From Azolla caroliniana (lineage: Eukaryota; Plantae; Polypodiophyta), in NCBI GenBank assembly GCA_043228905.1, contig JBHGNT010000001.1, positions 13,268,001 to 13,332,000 on the forward strand: DNA of 64,000 nt, read 5' to 3'. The notes beneath the pieces were generated by a model, which saw only the letters and a program-made list of their open reading frames with translations, did no database searches and was not told the origin of the DNA. Every line of letters starts with the position of its first letter. Positions within the stretch are counted from its first letter, which is position 1. This document shows positions 17,766 to 30,600 of the stretch, piece after piece. The position numbers and the translations under genes were made by a program.

Positions 17766-20012
17766 TGGTATCAGAACGCGTGGTTGCTTGATCCAAGACC
17801 ATCACATTTACGTGTGTTGTGCCCAAGCCCCTGTTTGGAAAGAACTGGCTGATCACTATAGCAGCAATATGCATAGTTTGTATAAGGAGAAGAAGAATAA
17901 GAAGAAGTTCGACAATGAACACTAAGATGGGAAGTGCTCTTCCTACCGAGAAGCTCGACAGAAACAACTTTGCATCTTGGGAGTACAAGATGCACCAATA
18001 CCTTGTCGGCCAAGGCTATTGGAGTTATATTGAGGGAGCACAAGAATTGCAACCCAACCCAACACATGCTGACTACCCAACTTGGGAGCAAGCAGCAAGT
18101 CATGTGTTGTATTGCCTTGCATCATGCGTCCATGATCACATGCTTGGCTACATCCAAGAGGCCAAAACGTCGAAGGAGGCGTGGGGGAACCCCAAGAAGA
18201 TTTTCGCGGCCAACATGATTGCAAGAAAGCTTCAACTCCATCAAGAGTTGAACGGTATACAACAGAGGGACATGTCAATCGGCAGCTACACCTTGAGATC
18301 AAGGAATTGTGCGATGCCCTCGGGTTTGATCAATGTTAGCATTGATGACGATGGAATGGTGCAGATTTGCCTCGAAGGCTTAACACCTCGGTTCGGAGCC
18401 ATTAGGTCGACAATCCTCGCGAGGGAGAATTCTCCCTCCTTCTTCGATCTCCAGTCGATGTTGTTGATCGAGGAGAATCATGTTCGAACAAGAAGCAATG
18501 TGTAGGAAGGACACATGCTCTATTCAAACTTTGATGGAGGAAGAGGACAAGGTCGTGGGAGAAGAGGCTGATTCGGCCAAGGCCGACACAACCAAGAGCA
18601 ACCCTGAGAACATAACTTCTACTACCACAAGATGCTTCGAACGTGCGAGGTGGAGCGTCCAGAAGAAGGGGGAGCAATAATATCGGACCCAACCGAAAAA
18701 ACAATTCCGGCCAGTGTGGATATTGTGGTAAATTCGGCCACTATGAGGCAGAGTGTCGGAAAAAGAAGAGTGAGTCGGCCTCCACAAGCCGACAACTCAT
18801 AAACTATGCCTCCAACTCTAACTACGACAATCGTGGCGGAATATTTGTGATGAGGCATAGAGTGAACTCGATGACAACTTCCAACCTAACCAACACCTCC
18901 AAACTAGAAGATGTATGGTTTGTCGACTCGAGTGCATCCAACCACATGACATCCCATGAGGATTGGTTCAAAGATCTACAAATGCCCGAACCACCCGACT
19001 ATGTAGAAACTAGGGATGACACAACTCACCCCATTCAACATGTCGGCAATGTCCCATTTGGGGAAGAAGGCAACCAAACCTACATTAAGAACGTTCTGGA
19101 TGTTCCTACAATAACCCACAAAGTGGAAACCTCAAAGTGAGTTGAAAACCCACAAAGAATAAAGAAAAATATAGAAGTGTCAATCAGACGTCAAAGAGCT
19201 TAAAAGCACTCAAAGTAAAGATTGTAAATTTGGAGTGTGATGTCTCTAAGTTGCAGACAATCAAATAGAGATTGCCTGAGGGATTGCTTAAAGAAGCTAA
19301 CTTCATGTAGTTGGTTTCAATCAAAGACCTTATTATTGCGGGTTGTCCAAATGGCCCAGAGTGCCCAAAATCATGTCCATTGGAGAAAACAAGCATTGTT
19401 GGATAGGGCGCACGGAATTTGTCCAAATATCCAAAAGTGTTTACCAAACCTTCGGCTAGGAAATATGTGATAAAGAGATGCACTAAGTCTTTGTACAAAT
19501 GTTGTAGTGAATGAGCAAGTCCAAAATAAGTGTGGGACCGTTTCCAATCGTCCTCCACATTTTGCACAATGCGACGAGGCTATCGATCTCTTTTGAAGAT
19601 TTGACCCAGTCGGGAGCACACCCAATAGGCATCTCCATAGGAATACCCGTTGCTTCAGTGGAAGACTAGAGCTCCATAAGCTTGTAAGCATGTTTTTCCA
19701 CCAGGACTGCATTTTGTGTAGGTACCATAATGCATTTGCATGTTCGTGAAACCATGGGTCAGGTTGCAACAACATGTACAATGAATGTGTTGTAATGTTA
19801 TGCATTGGAATAACAATGTTCCCTTTTTGTAACATCCAATCCTGAATCCTATGATCTCCATTTAGAGGTGGCATAGGTACTAAGGAAAGTACCAACTCTG
19901 TGACTTGATTCCAGATAACATGATGATGTGCCCCAAGACTATAATCACATGTCATGTCATTGAAGTGCAATAAGTGACCTGGGTCATTTACCACATATGC
20001 AATTGATTTCAG

Positions 20013-23000
20013 CCCCGTCTTTGCTAAAAAATAAGTTTTCCTAGGTTCTTGTTCAGTTAGTGACTGTAGGAATATAGCACTCCAGTGTAAGCTTTCGGGG
20101 CGTAAAGAGTTCCATGATTTTGAGTTCCTACCTCTCCATTTTATGTGTTGCAATACTTCCTTCTAGTGCTTTCGAAGCTTTGAGCTAAACGGACAACCTT
20201 TGATATTCCCGTCAAGCTTTCCAAACACTACATCCCAATGGTTAGTATCACATGAGCGCCCCGTCTTTGCTAAAAAATAAGTTTTCCTAGGTTCTTGTTC
20301 AGTTAGTGACTGTAGGAATATAGCACTCCAGTGTAAGCTTTCGGGGCGTAAAGAGTTCCATGATTTTGAGTTCCTACCTCTCCATTTTATGTGTTGCAAT
20401 ACTTCCTTCTAGTGCTTTCGAAGCTTTGAGCTAAACGGACAACCTTTGATATTCCCGTCAAGCTTTCCAAACACTACATCCCAATGGTTAGTATCACATG
20501 AGCGCCCCGTCTTTGCTAAAAAATAAGTTTTCCTAGGTTCTTGTTCAGTTAGTGACTGTAGGAATATAGCACTCCAGTGTAAGCTTTCGGGGCGTAAAGA
20601 GTTCCATGATTTTGAGTTCCTACCTCTCCATTTTATGTGTTGCAATACTTCCTTCTAGTGCTTTCGAAGCTTTGAGCTAAACGGACAACCTTTGATATTC
20701 CCGTCAAGCTTTCCAAACACTACATCCCAATGGTTAGTATCACATGAGCGCCCCGTCTTTGCTAAAAAATAAGTTTTCCTAGGTTCTTGTTCAGTTAGTG
20801 ACTGTAGGAATATAGCACTCCAGTGTAAGCTTTCGGGGCGTAAAGAGTTCCATGATTTTGAGTTCCTACCTCTCCATTTTATGTGTTGCAATACTTCCTT
20901 CTAGTGCTTTCGAAGCTTTGAGCTAAACGGACAACCTTTGATATTCCCGTCAAGCTTTCCAAACACTACATCCCAATGGTTAGTATCACATGAGCGCCCC
21001 GTCTTTGCTAAAAAATAAGTTTTCCTAGGTTCTTGTTCAGTTAGTGACTGTAGGAATATAGCACTCCAGTGTAAGCTTTCGGGGCGTAAAGAGTTCCATG
21101 ATTTTGAGTTCCTACCTCTCCATTTTATGTGTTGCAATACTTCCTTCTAGTGCTTTCGAAGCTTTGAGCTAAACGGACAACCTTTGATATTCCCGTCAAG
21201 CTTTCCAAACACTACATCCCAATGGTTAGTATCACATGAGCGCCCCGTCTTTGCTAAAAAATAAGTTTTCCTAGGTTCTTGTTCAGTTAGTGACTGTAGG
21301 AATATAGCACTCCAGTGTAAGCTTTCGGGGCGTAAAGAGTTCCATGATTTTGAGTTCCTACCTCTCCATTTTATGTGTTGCAATACTTCCTTCTAGTGCT
21401 TTCGAAGCTTTGAGCTAAACGGACAACCTTTGATATTCCCGTCAAGCTTTCCAAACACTACATCCCAATGGTTAGTATCACATGAGCGCCCCGTCTTTGC
21501 TAAAAAATAAGTTTTCCTAGGTTCTTGTTCAGTTAGTGACTGTAGGAATATAGCACTCCAGTGTAAGCTTTCGGGGCGTAAAGAGTTCCATGATTTTGAG
21601 TTCCTACCTCTCCATTTTATGTGTTGCAATACTTCCTTCTAGTGCTTTCGAAGCTTTGAGCTAAACGGACAACCTTTGATATTCCCGTCAAGCTTTCCAA
21701 ACACTACATCCCAATGGTTAGTATCACATGAGCGCCCCGTCTTTGCTAAAAAATAAGTTTTCCTAGGTTCTTGTTCAGTTAGTGACTGTAGGAATATAGC
21801 ACTCCAGTGTAAGCTTTCGGGGCGTAAAGAGTTCCATGATTTTGAGTTCCTACCTCTCCATTTTATGTGTTGCAATACTTCCTTCTAGTGCTTTCGAAGC
21901 TTTGAGCTAAACGGACAACCTTTGATATTCCCGTCAAGCTTTCCAAACACTACATCCCAATGGTTAGTATCACATGAGCGCCCCGTCTTTGCTAAAAAAT
22001 AAGTTTTCCTAGGTTCTTGTTCAGTTAGTGACTGTAGGAATATAGCACTCCAGTGTAAGCTTTCGGGGCGTAAAGAGTTCCATGATTTTGAGTTCCTACC
22101 TCTCCATTTTATGTGTTGCAATACTTCCTTCTAGTGCTTTCGAAGCTTTGAGCTAAACGGACAACCTTTGATATTCCCGTCAAGCTTTCCAAACACTACA
22201 TCCCAATGGTTAGTATCACATGAGCGCCCCGTCTTTGCTAAAAAATAAGTTTTCCTAGGTTCTTGTTCAGTTAGTGACTGTAGGAATATAGCACTCCAGT
22301 GTAAGCTTTCGGGGCGTAAAGAGTTCCATGATTTTGAGTTCCTACCTCTCCATTTTATGTGTTGCAATACTTCCTTCTAGTGCTTTCGAAGCTTTGAGCT
22401 AAACGGACAACCTTTGATATTCCCGTCAAGCTTTCCAAACACTACATCCCAATGGTTAGTATCACATGAGCGCCCCGTCTTTGCTAAAAAATAAGTTTTC
22501 CTAGGTTCTTGTTCAGTTAGTGACTGTAGGAATATAGCACTCCAGTGTAAGCTTTCGGGGCGTAAAGAGTTCCATGATTTTGAGTTCCTACCTCTCCATT
22601 TTATGTGTTGCAATACTTCCTTCTAGTGCTTTCGAAGCTTTGAGCTAAACGGACAACCTTTGATATTCCCGTCAAGCTTTCCAAACACTACATCCCAATG
22701 GTTAGTATCACATGAGCGCCCCGTCTTTGCTAAAAAATAAGTTTTCCTAGGTTCTTGTTCAGTTAGTGACTGTAGGAATATAGCACTCCAGTGTAAGCTT
22801 TCGGGGCGTAAAGAGTTCCATGATTTTGAGTTCCTACCTCTCCATTTTATGTGTTGCAATACTTCCTTCTAGTGCTTTCGAAGCTTTGAGCTAAACGGAC
22901 AACCTTTGATATTCCCGTCAAGCTTTCCAAACACTACATCCCAATGGTTAGTATCACATGAGCGCCCCGTCTTTGCTAAAAAATAAGTTTTCCTAGGTTC

Positions 23001-26000
23001 TTGTTCAGTTAGTGACTGTAGGAATATAGCACTCCAGTGTAAGCTTTCGGGGCGTAAAGAGTTCCATGATTTTGAGTTCCTACCTCTCCATTTTATGTGT
23101 TGCAATACTTCCTTCTAGTGCTTTCGAAGCTTTGAGCTAAACGGACAACCTTTGATATTCCCGTCAAGCTTTCCAAACACTACATCCCAATGGTTAGTAT
23201 CACATGAGCGCCCCGTCTTTGCTAAAAAATAAGTTTTCCTAGGTTCTTGTTCAGTTAGTGACTGTAGGAATATAGCACTCCAGTGTAAGCTTTCGGGGCG
23301 TAAAGAGTTCCATGATTTTGAGTTCCTACCTCTCCATTTTATGTGTTGCAATACTTCCTTCTAGTGCTTTCGAAGCTTTGAGCTAAACGGACAACCTTTG
23401 ATATTCCCGTCAAGCTTTCCAAACACTACATCCCAATGGTTAGTATCACATGAGCGCCCCGTCTTTGCTAAAAAATAAGTTTTCCTAGGTTCTTGTTCAG
23501 TTAGTGACTGTAGGAATATAGCACTCCAGTGTAAGCTTTCGGGGCGTAAAGAGTTCCATGATTTTGAGTTCCTACCTCTCCATTTTATGTGTTGCAATAC
23601 TTCCTTCTAGTGCTTTCGAAGCTTTGAGCTAAACGGACAACCTTTGATATTCCCGTCAAGCTTTCCAAACACTACATCCCAATGGTTAGTATCACATGAG
23701 CGCCCCGTCTTTGCTAAAAAATAAGTTTTCCTAGGTTCTTGTTCAGTTAGTGACTGTAGGAATATAGCACTCCAGTGTAAGCTTTCGGGGCGTAAAGAGT
23801 TCCATGATTTTGAGTTCCTACCTCTCCATTTTATGTGTTGCAATACTTCCTTCTAGTGCTTTCGAAGCTTTGAGCTAAACGGACAACCTTTGATATTCCC
23901 GTCAAGCTTTCCAAACACTACATCCCAATGGTTAGTATCACATGAGCGCCCCGTCTTTGCTAAAAAATAAGTTTTCCTAGGTTCTTGTTCAGTTAGTGAC
24001 TGTAGGAATATAGCACTCCAGTGTAAGCTTTCGGGGCGTAAAGAGTTCCATGATTTTGAGTTCCTACCTCTCCATTTTATGTGTTGCAATACTTCCTTCT
24101 AGTGCTTTCGAAGCTTTGAGCTAAACGGACAACCTTTGATATTCCCGTCAAGCTTTCCAAACACTACATCCCAATGGTTAGTATCACATGAGCGCCCCGT
24201 CTTTGCTAAAAAATAAGTTTTCCTAGGTTCTTGTTCAGTTAGTGACTGTAGGAATATAGCACTCCAGTGTAAGCTTTCGGGGCGTAAAGAGTTCCATGAT
24301 TTTGAGTTCCTACCTCTCCATTTTATGTGTTGCAATACTTCCTTCTAGTGCTTTCGAAGCTTTGAGCTAAACGGACAACCTTTGATATTCCCGTCAAGCT
24401 TTCCAAACACTACATCCCAATGGTTAGTATCACATGAGCGCCCCGTCTTTGCTAAAAAATAAGTTTTCCTAGGTTCTTGTTCAGTTAGTGACTGTAGGAA
24501 TATAGCACTCCAGTGTAAGCTTTCGGGGCGTAAAGAGTTCCATGATTTTGAGTTCCTACCTCTCCATTTTATGTGTTGCAATACTTCCTTCTAGTGCTTT
24601 CGAAGCTTTGAGCTAAACGGACAACCTTTGATATTCCCGTCAAGCTTTCCAAACACTACATCCCAATGGTTAGTATCACATGAGCGCCCCGTCTTTGCTA
24701 AAAAATAAGTTTTCCTAGGTTCTTGTTCAGTTAGTGACTGTAGGAATATAGCACTCCAGTGTAAGCTTTCGGGGCGTAAAGAGTTCCATGATTTTGAGTT
24801 CCTACCTCTCCATTTTATGTGTTGCAATACTTCCTTCTAGTGCTTTCGAAGCTTTGAGCTAAACGGACAACCTTTGATATTCCCGTCAAGCTTTCCAAAC
24901 ACTACATCCCAATGGTTAGTATCACATGAGCGCCCCGTCTTTGCTAAAAAATAAGTTTTCCTAGGTTCTTGTTCAGTTAGTGACTGTAGGAATATAGCAC
25001 TCCAGTGTAAGCTTTCGGGGCGTAAAGAGTTCCATGATTTTGAGTTCCTACCTCTCCATTTTATGTGTTGCAATACTTCCTTCTAGTGCTTTCGAAGCTT
25101 TGAGCTAAACGGACAACCTTTGATATTCCCGTCAAGCTTTCCAAACACTACATCCCAATGGTTAGTATCACATGAGCGCCCCGTCTTTGCTAAAAAATAA
25201 GTTTTCCTAGGTTCTTGTTCAGTTAGTGACTGTAGGAATATAGCACTCCAGTGTAAGCTTTCGGGGCGTAAAGAGTTCCATGATTTTGAGTTCCTACCTC
25301 TCCATTTTATGTGTTGCAATACTTCCTTCTAGTGCTTTCGAAGCTTTGAGCTAAACGGACAACCTTTGATATTCCCGTCAAGCTTTCCAAACACTACATC
25401 CCAATGGTTAGTATCACATGAGCGCCCCGTCTTTGCTAAAAAATAAGTTTTCCTAGGTTCTTGTTCAGTTAGTGACTGTAGGAATATAGCACTCCAGTGT
25501 AAGCTTTCGGGGCGTAAAGAGTTCCATGATTTTGAGTTCCTACCTCTCCATTTTATGTGTTGCAATACTTCCTTCTAGTGCTTTCGAAGCTTTGAGCTAA
25601 ACGGACAACCTTTGATATTCCCGTCAAGCTTTCCAAACACTACATCCCAATGGTTAGTATCACATGAGCGCCCCGTCTTTGCTAAAAAATAAGTTTTCCT
25701 AGGTTCTTGTTCAGTTAGTGACTGTAGGAATATAGCACTCCAGTGTAAGCTTTCGGGGCGTAAAGAGTTCCATGATTTTGAGTTCCTACCTCTCCATTTT
25801 ATGTGTTGCAATACTTCCTTCTAGTGCTTTCGAAGCTTTGAGCTAAACGGACAACCTTTGATATTCCCGTCAAGCTTTCCAAACACTACATCCCAATGGT
25901 TAGTATCACATGAGCGCCCCGTCTTTGCTAAAAAATAAGTTTTCCTAGGTTCTTGTTCAGTTAGTGACTGTAGGAATATAGCACTCCAGTGTAAGCTTTC

Positions 26001-26900
26001 GGGGCGTAAAGAGTTCCATGATTTTGAGTTCCTACCTCTCCATTTTATGTGTTGCAATACTTCCTTCTAGTGCTTTCGAAGCTTTGAGCTAAACGGAAAA
26101 CCTTTGATATTCCCGTCAAGCTTTCCAAACACTACATCCCAATGGTTAGTATCACATGAGCGCCCCGTCTTTGCTAAAAAATAAGTTTTCCTAGGTTCTT
26201 GTTCAGTTAGTGACTGTAGGAATATAGCACTCCAGTGTAAGCTTTCGGGGCGTAAAGAGTTCCATGATTTTGAGTTCCTACCTCTCCATTTTATGTGTTG
26301 CAATACTTCCTTCTAGTGCTTTCGAAGCTTTGAGCTAAACGGACAACCTTTGATATTCCCGTCAAGCTTTCCAAACACTACATCCCAATGGTTAGTATCA
26401 CATGAGCGCCCCGTCTTTGCTAAAAAATAAGTTTTCCTAGGTTCTTGTTCAGTTAGTGACTGTAGGAATATAGCACTCCAGTGTAAGCTTTCGGGGCGTA
26501 AAGAGTTCCATGATTTTGAGTTCCTACCTCTCCATTTTATGTGTTGCAATACTTCCTTCTAGTGCTTTCGAAGCTTTGAGCTAAACGGACAACCTTTGAT
26601 ATTCCCGTCAAGCTTTCCAAACACTACATCCCAATGGTTAGTATCACATGAGCGCCCCGTCTTTGCTAAAAAATAAGTTTTCCTAGGTTCTTGTTCAGTT
26701 AGTGACTGTAGGAATATAGCACTCCAGTGTAAGCTTTCGGGGCGTAAAGAGTTCCATGATTTTGAGTTCCTACCTCTCCATTTTATGTGTTGCAATACTT
26801 CCTTCTAGTGCTTTCGAAGCTTTGAGCTAAACGGAAAACCTTTGATATTCCCGTCAAGCTTTCCAAACACTACATCCCAATGGTTAGTATCACATGAGCG
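20013..26900. repeat. Tandem array of 28 x 246 bp derived from LINE-2 ORF2
   Basis: Identical ORF translations recur every 246 bp, and 6888 bp = 28 units. Both flanks continue as unique LINE ORF2 sequence in frame. The only variant seen is C>A at 26098 and 26836. Each unit has three AAGCTT sites. Confidence 0.97.
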
Positions 26901-27142
26901 AAATGACTTGGTTTTCAAACGATCAAACATATCAAATAGCATTCTTGGCCAAGGCAATGTGTTTTCAGCAATCTTTGGCAATAAAGTAGCTTTTCTAGCC
27001 AACATATGCAAATGCAAATTAAGAAAATTTAGCCCTCCACTTAATCGTGGAATGCATATATTCTCTAGTGATAGGAGTCTGTAAAGAATCAAGAGATGGA
27101 TTCTTGTGAAGCGGAATAGGTGTGAACTGTGTGTGTGTGTGT

Positions 27143-27202
<60 letters not shown>

Positions 27203-27615
27203 ACCCAAGGTTAAAAGTCTATTAACAAAGGAGAAAGACTCAATGTTATACAAGGTGGGAGGAGTGTCATGAACAGTACTGAGATAGAGAAGGAATTAGT
27301 ACTAAACGAAGGATTAGTACTATGAGAGGTGTGGAACTTCTTCGAGAGAAGGAAGAAGTGAGCGAGACAGAGAGAAAGAGAGAGAGAGAGAGAGTGATGA
27401 TAAGAAAGATATTTATTATATGAAGAGAATATACAACGGTGGCTAAAAGGCTTAAGACTGGCGTTGAACCAATTTGGTTCAACATAATGCCTAGTGCCCT
27501 CTTTTATAGTGTTTTCAGGAGTAATCCTGAAGCTTCTAGAATGTTCCAGAGAAATCTGGAATATACACTAATTTCCTATAATAAAATGTAAATGAAAATA
27601 ATATCCTACGTATTA

Positions 27616-27688
27616 CAATAGATGGTCTAATGGTCAAGAGCTCGACCCATATAACCTAAGGTCATGGGTTCGAGTCTTGCCATATCAT
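27616..27688 (+). promoter_or_regulatory. tRNA-like A-box/B-box module (Pol III type-2 promoter-like) within the chromovirus LTR, antisense to the element
   Basis: TGGTCTAATGG (27623) ... AGGTC-ATGGG-TTCGAGT-C (27659-27676) with tRNA spacing. Repeated at ~32845-32917 (+), ~53957-54028 (-) and ~63316-63386 (-). The cloverleaf is not intact, so this is not a tRNA gene. Confidence 0.55.
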
Positions 27689-30600
27689 GACACTATCCCC
27701 CCTTTAAAACGACGAGTGTCACGAGTCGTCTTGGATTGAGGACCCGGTTTGTGTGGATATTGACGATGGAAGTCTTCAAGAAGAGCACGAGCATTGGTTA
27801 CATTCTCGATCGGTTCCCAAGTACGTTCGCTGGGACTATAGCCTAGCCAATCGACTAGATAGTAGAGCTTGTTGCGAACAATCTTGGAATCAAGAATGGC
27901 AGCAACCTCGTACTCCGGCCCATCTTCAAGCTCGATCGGGGGTGGAGGTTGGATAAGACGTTCTGGGATGGTGCTCTCGTGGTAGGGTTCGAAGAGAGGA
28001 CTATGAAACACCGGATGTATCCGAAGTTGAGGAGGTAGATCGAGACGAAAAGCAACATCATTAATCTTTCCAATAATACGGAAAGGACCTAATCGCCGAT
28101 AATCCAACTTCTCACATGGGCGAGTAGTCTTGATGTGTCGTCGTAGCAACCACACCCGATCTCCAATATTAAAACTAGATGGAAGTCGATGACGATCCGC
28201 GTAGACCTTGTGTGTTTGTTGAGCTTGCTGGAGATGAGTAGATAAATCCGCTTGTATCTTGCGTAACCGCTCCAAACGATCCTCCGCGCACGGATTTGTG
28301 GACACCTCTGGGGTTTCAAGTACGCTCCACCGGGGGTGACATCCCGTATAAGCATAAAATGGCGTAACTTTAGTGGATGCGTGGATAGAGTTGTTATAGG
28401 CAAATTCGGCGAAGTGGAGAATATCTGCCCAGTCGTCCTGATGATAGCTGAGAAAGCACCGCAGATACTGCTCCAACGTTTGATTTGTTCGTTCAGCTTG
28501 GCCGTCAGTTTGTGGGTGGTAGCCGGAAGAGAGGTTACAAGTGACCTTGAGCATGTTAAAAAGGTGCTTCCAGAATTTTGACACGAACTGGGGTCCACGG
28601 TCGCTGATGATACTATCGGGGAGTCCATGATGCCGACATACTTCACGCATGACAATTTCGGCAGTGTCTTCACTGGAGATCTCCTTAGTACATGGCAAGA
28701 AATGAGCCATCTTCGTATATCGATCGACCACCGTTATAATCGCATTGAACCCCTTAGAGACTGGAAGATCTGTGATGAAGTCTAGAGCAATGGATTGCCA
28801 CGGCTTGCTTGGAATTGATAATGGTTCTAATAAACCATATGGATGATGCCTTGGCATTTTCGCTCTGCAACATGTATCACAAGTCCGAACAAAATCCTCG
28901 ACCAATTGTCGCATACAGGGCCACCAGAATGATCGTTGTACTAAATGTAATGTTTTAGTACTACCAAAATGCCCAGCTGTATACGTGTCATGACAGTTTT
29001 GTACTACTCGAAGGCGGCAAGAACCATTAGGAACATACAAAAGTTCTTTAAAGAAGAGTAATCCATCATGGTATTTGAATTGCCGATAGTCCGTACCTGG
29101 TGGTTGCGACTGTGAACACGACGCTCGAGAGGGATCAATTTGTGCTAGTATAGCTTGGGCGAACGCATCTGTCTTCAAGTCTTCACGTATGGTATCGATA
29201 ACGCGGGAATCCATAGGCATGTCAAAGATTTGTGTTGCTTGTAATCGTGCCGGTCCCAAGATGACTTGTTTTTGGTTATCGAAAGCTGGCTCGCCGGGAC
29301 GGGGTGCTAGATACGAACGCCGTGATAATGCATCTGCCTTCCCTTGGTGCCTCCCCGGACGATATGTAATTTTGAAGTCGAAACGCGTGAGGAAGTGGGC
29401 CCACCGAGCTTGACGTCGATTCAACACACGAGCATCCTGAAAGTAGGCAAGATTCTTGTGGTCACTAAATACGGTGACTGGATGAGAGGATCCCTCCAGA
29501 AAATGCCTCCATTGCATAAAAGAATCCACTATTGCCAATAGCTCCTTATCATGGATTTCGTAGTTGATTTCGGCGGCATCAAACTTGTGTGAGTGAAAAG
29601 CCACAGGATGTAGCTTTTCATCATTCCCCTGTTGTGACAGAATGCTCCCCAATGCAAAATCCGATGCGTCAGCTTCGATAATGAATGGTTTCTCCGGATC
29701 GACATGAGCTAGAATTGGAGCCGATGTAAATGCTTTTTTAAGACTCTCGAAAGCCATGTCCGTTTCTTCAGACCAGGTGAACGGTTGTCCCTTCCTGGTA
29801 AGTTGTGTGAGAGGTAGAACGATCTTTGAGTAATCCTGTATGAACTTCCGGTAAAAATTGGCAAAGCCTAAGAAGCATTGCACATCTCGTACCGAACGCG
29901 GAGTCTGCCATTCTACCACCGTTCTGACCTTAGCTGGGTCCATGGAGATGCCTTCTGACGAAATGATGTAGCCGAGAAATTCCACTTGGTTGCACCCGAA
30001 ACTACATTTTTCTAGCTTTGCATACAGACCATGTTCTCGAAGTCGTTTTAGTACTAATAGTACATGAGAATCATGTTCTTCTTGGGTCTTTGAATAAACC
30101 AGTAGATCATCCAAATAGATGATCAAACAATCATCCAATAGATCTCGGAATATGTCATTAGCCATGTGCTGGAAGACTGCCGGCGCATTAGTGAGGCCGA
30201 ACGGCATGACAGTATACTCGAAGTGCCCATATCTGGTGCGAAACGCGGTCTTCCATTCGTCTCCTGGTCGGATCCGTACGAGGTTATATGCTCCCCGTAA
30301 GTCGATCTTCGTGAAGAACCTGGCACCATTGATCCGTTCTAAAAGACTTGAGATAAGGGGAAGAGCATACCTATTCCTGATTGTAACCTTATTCAAGCCA
30401 CGGTAATCTACAACGAGACGAAGCGATCCATCTTTTTTCTTGACGAAGAAAATGGGCGCACCGGCTGGAGATTTCGAATGCCGAATGAAACCATTTTCCA
30501 AATTTTCCTCTATATAGGCCCGAAGGACTTCCAGCTCGGTTGGTGACAAATTGTAGATCGGTCCCCATGGCGGCTCTTTTCCCGGTTGTAAATCGATGGG

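Noticed and set aside
20163-26795. 27 tandem 78-aa ORFs as a gene array or CRISPR-like locus
   Set aside because: The units are contiguous identical copies with no unique spacers. The ORFs start at TTG and are just LINE ORF2 frame between recurring stop codons.
27128-27200. (GT)n/(GA)n microsatellites as independent repeats
   Set aside because: They are integral, length-variable parts of the Copia A/B/G LTRs.
27616-27688. A functional tRNA gene
   Set aside because: The acceptor and anticodon stems do not pair and the segment is part of every LTR copy; reported only as a tRNA-like module.
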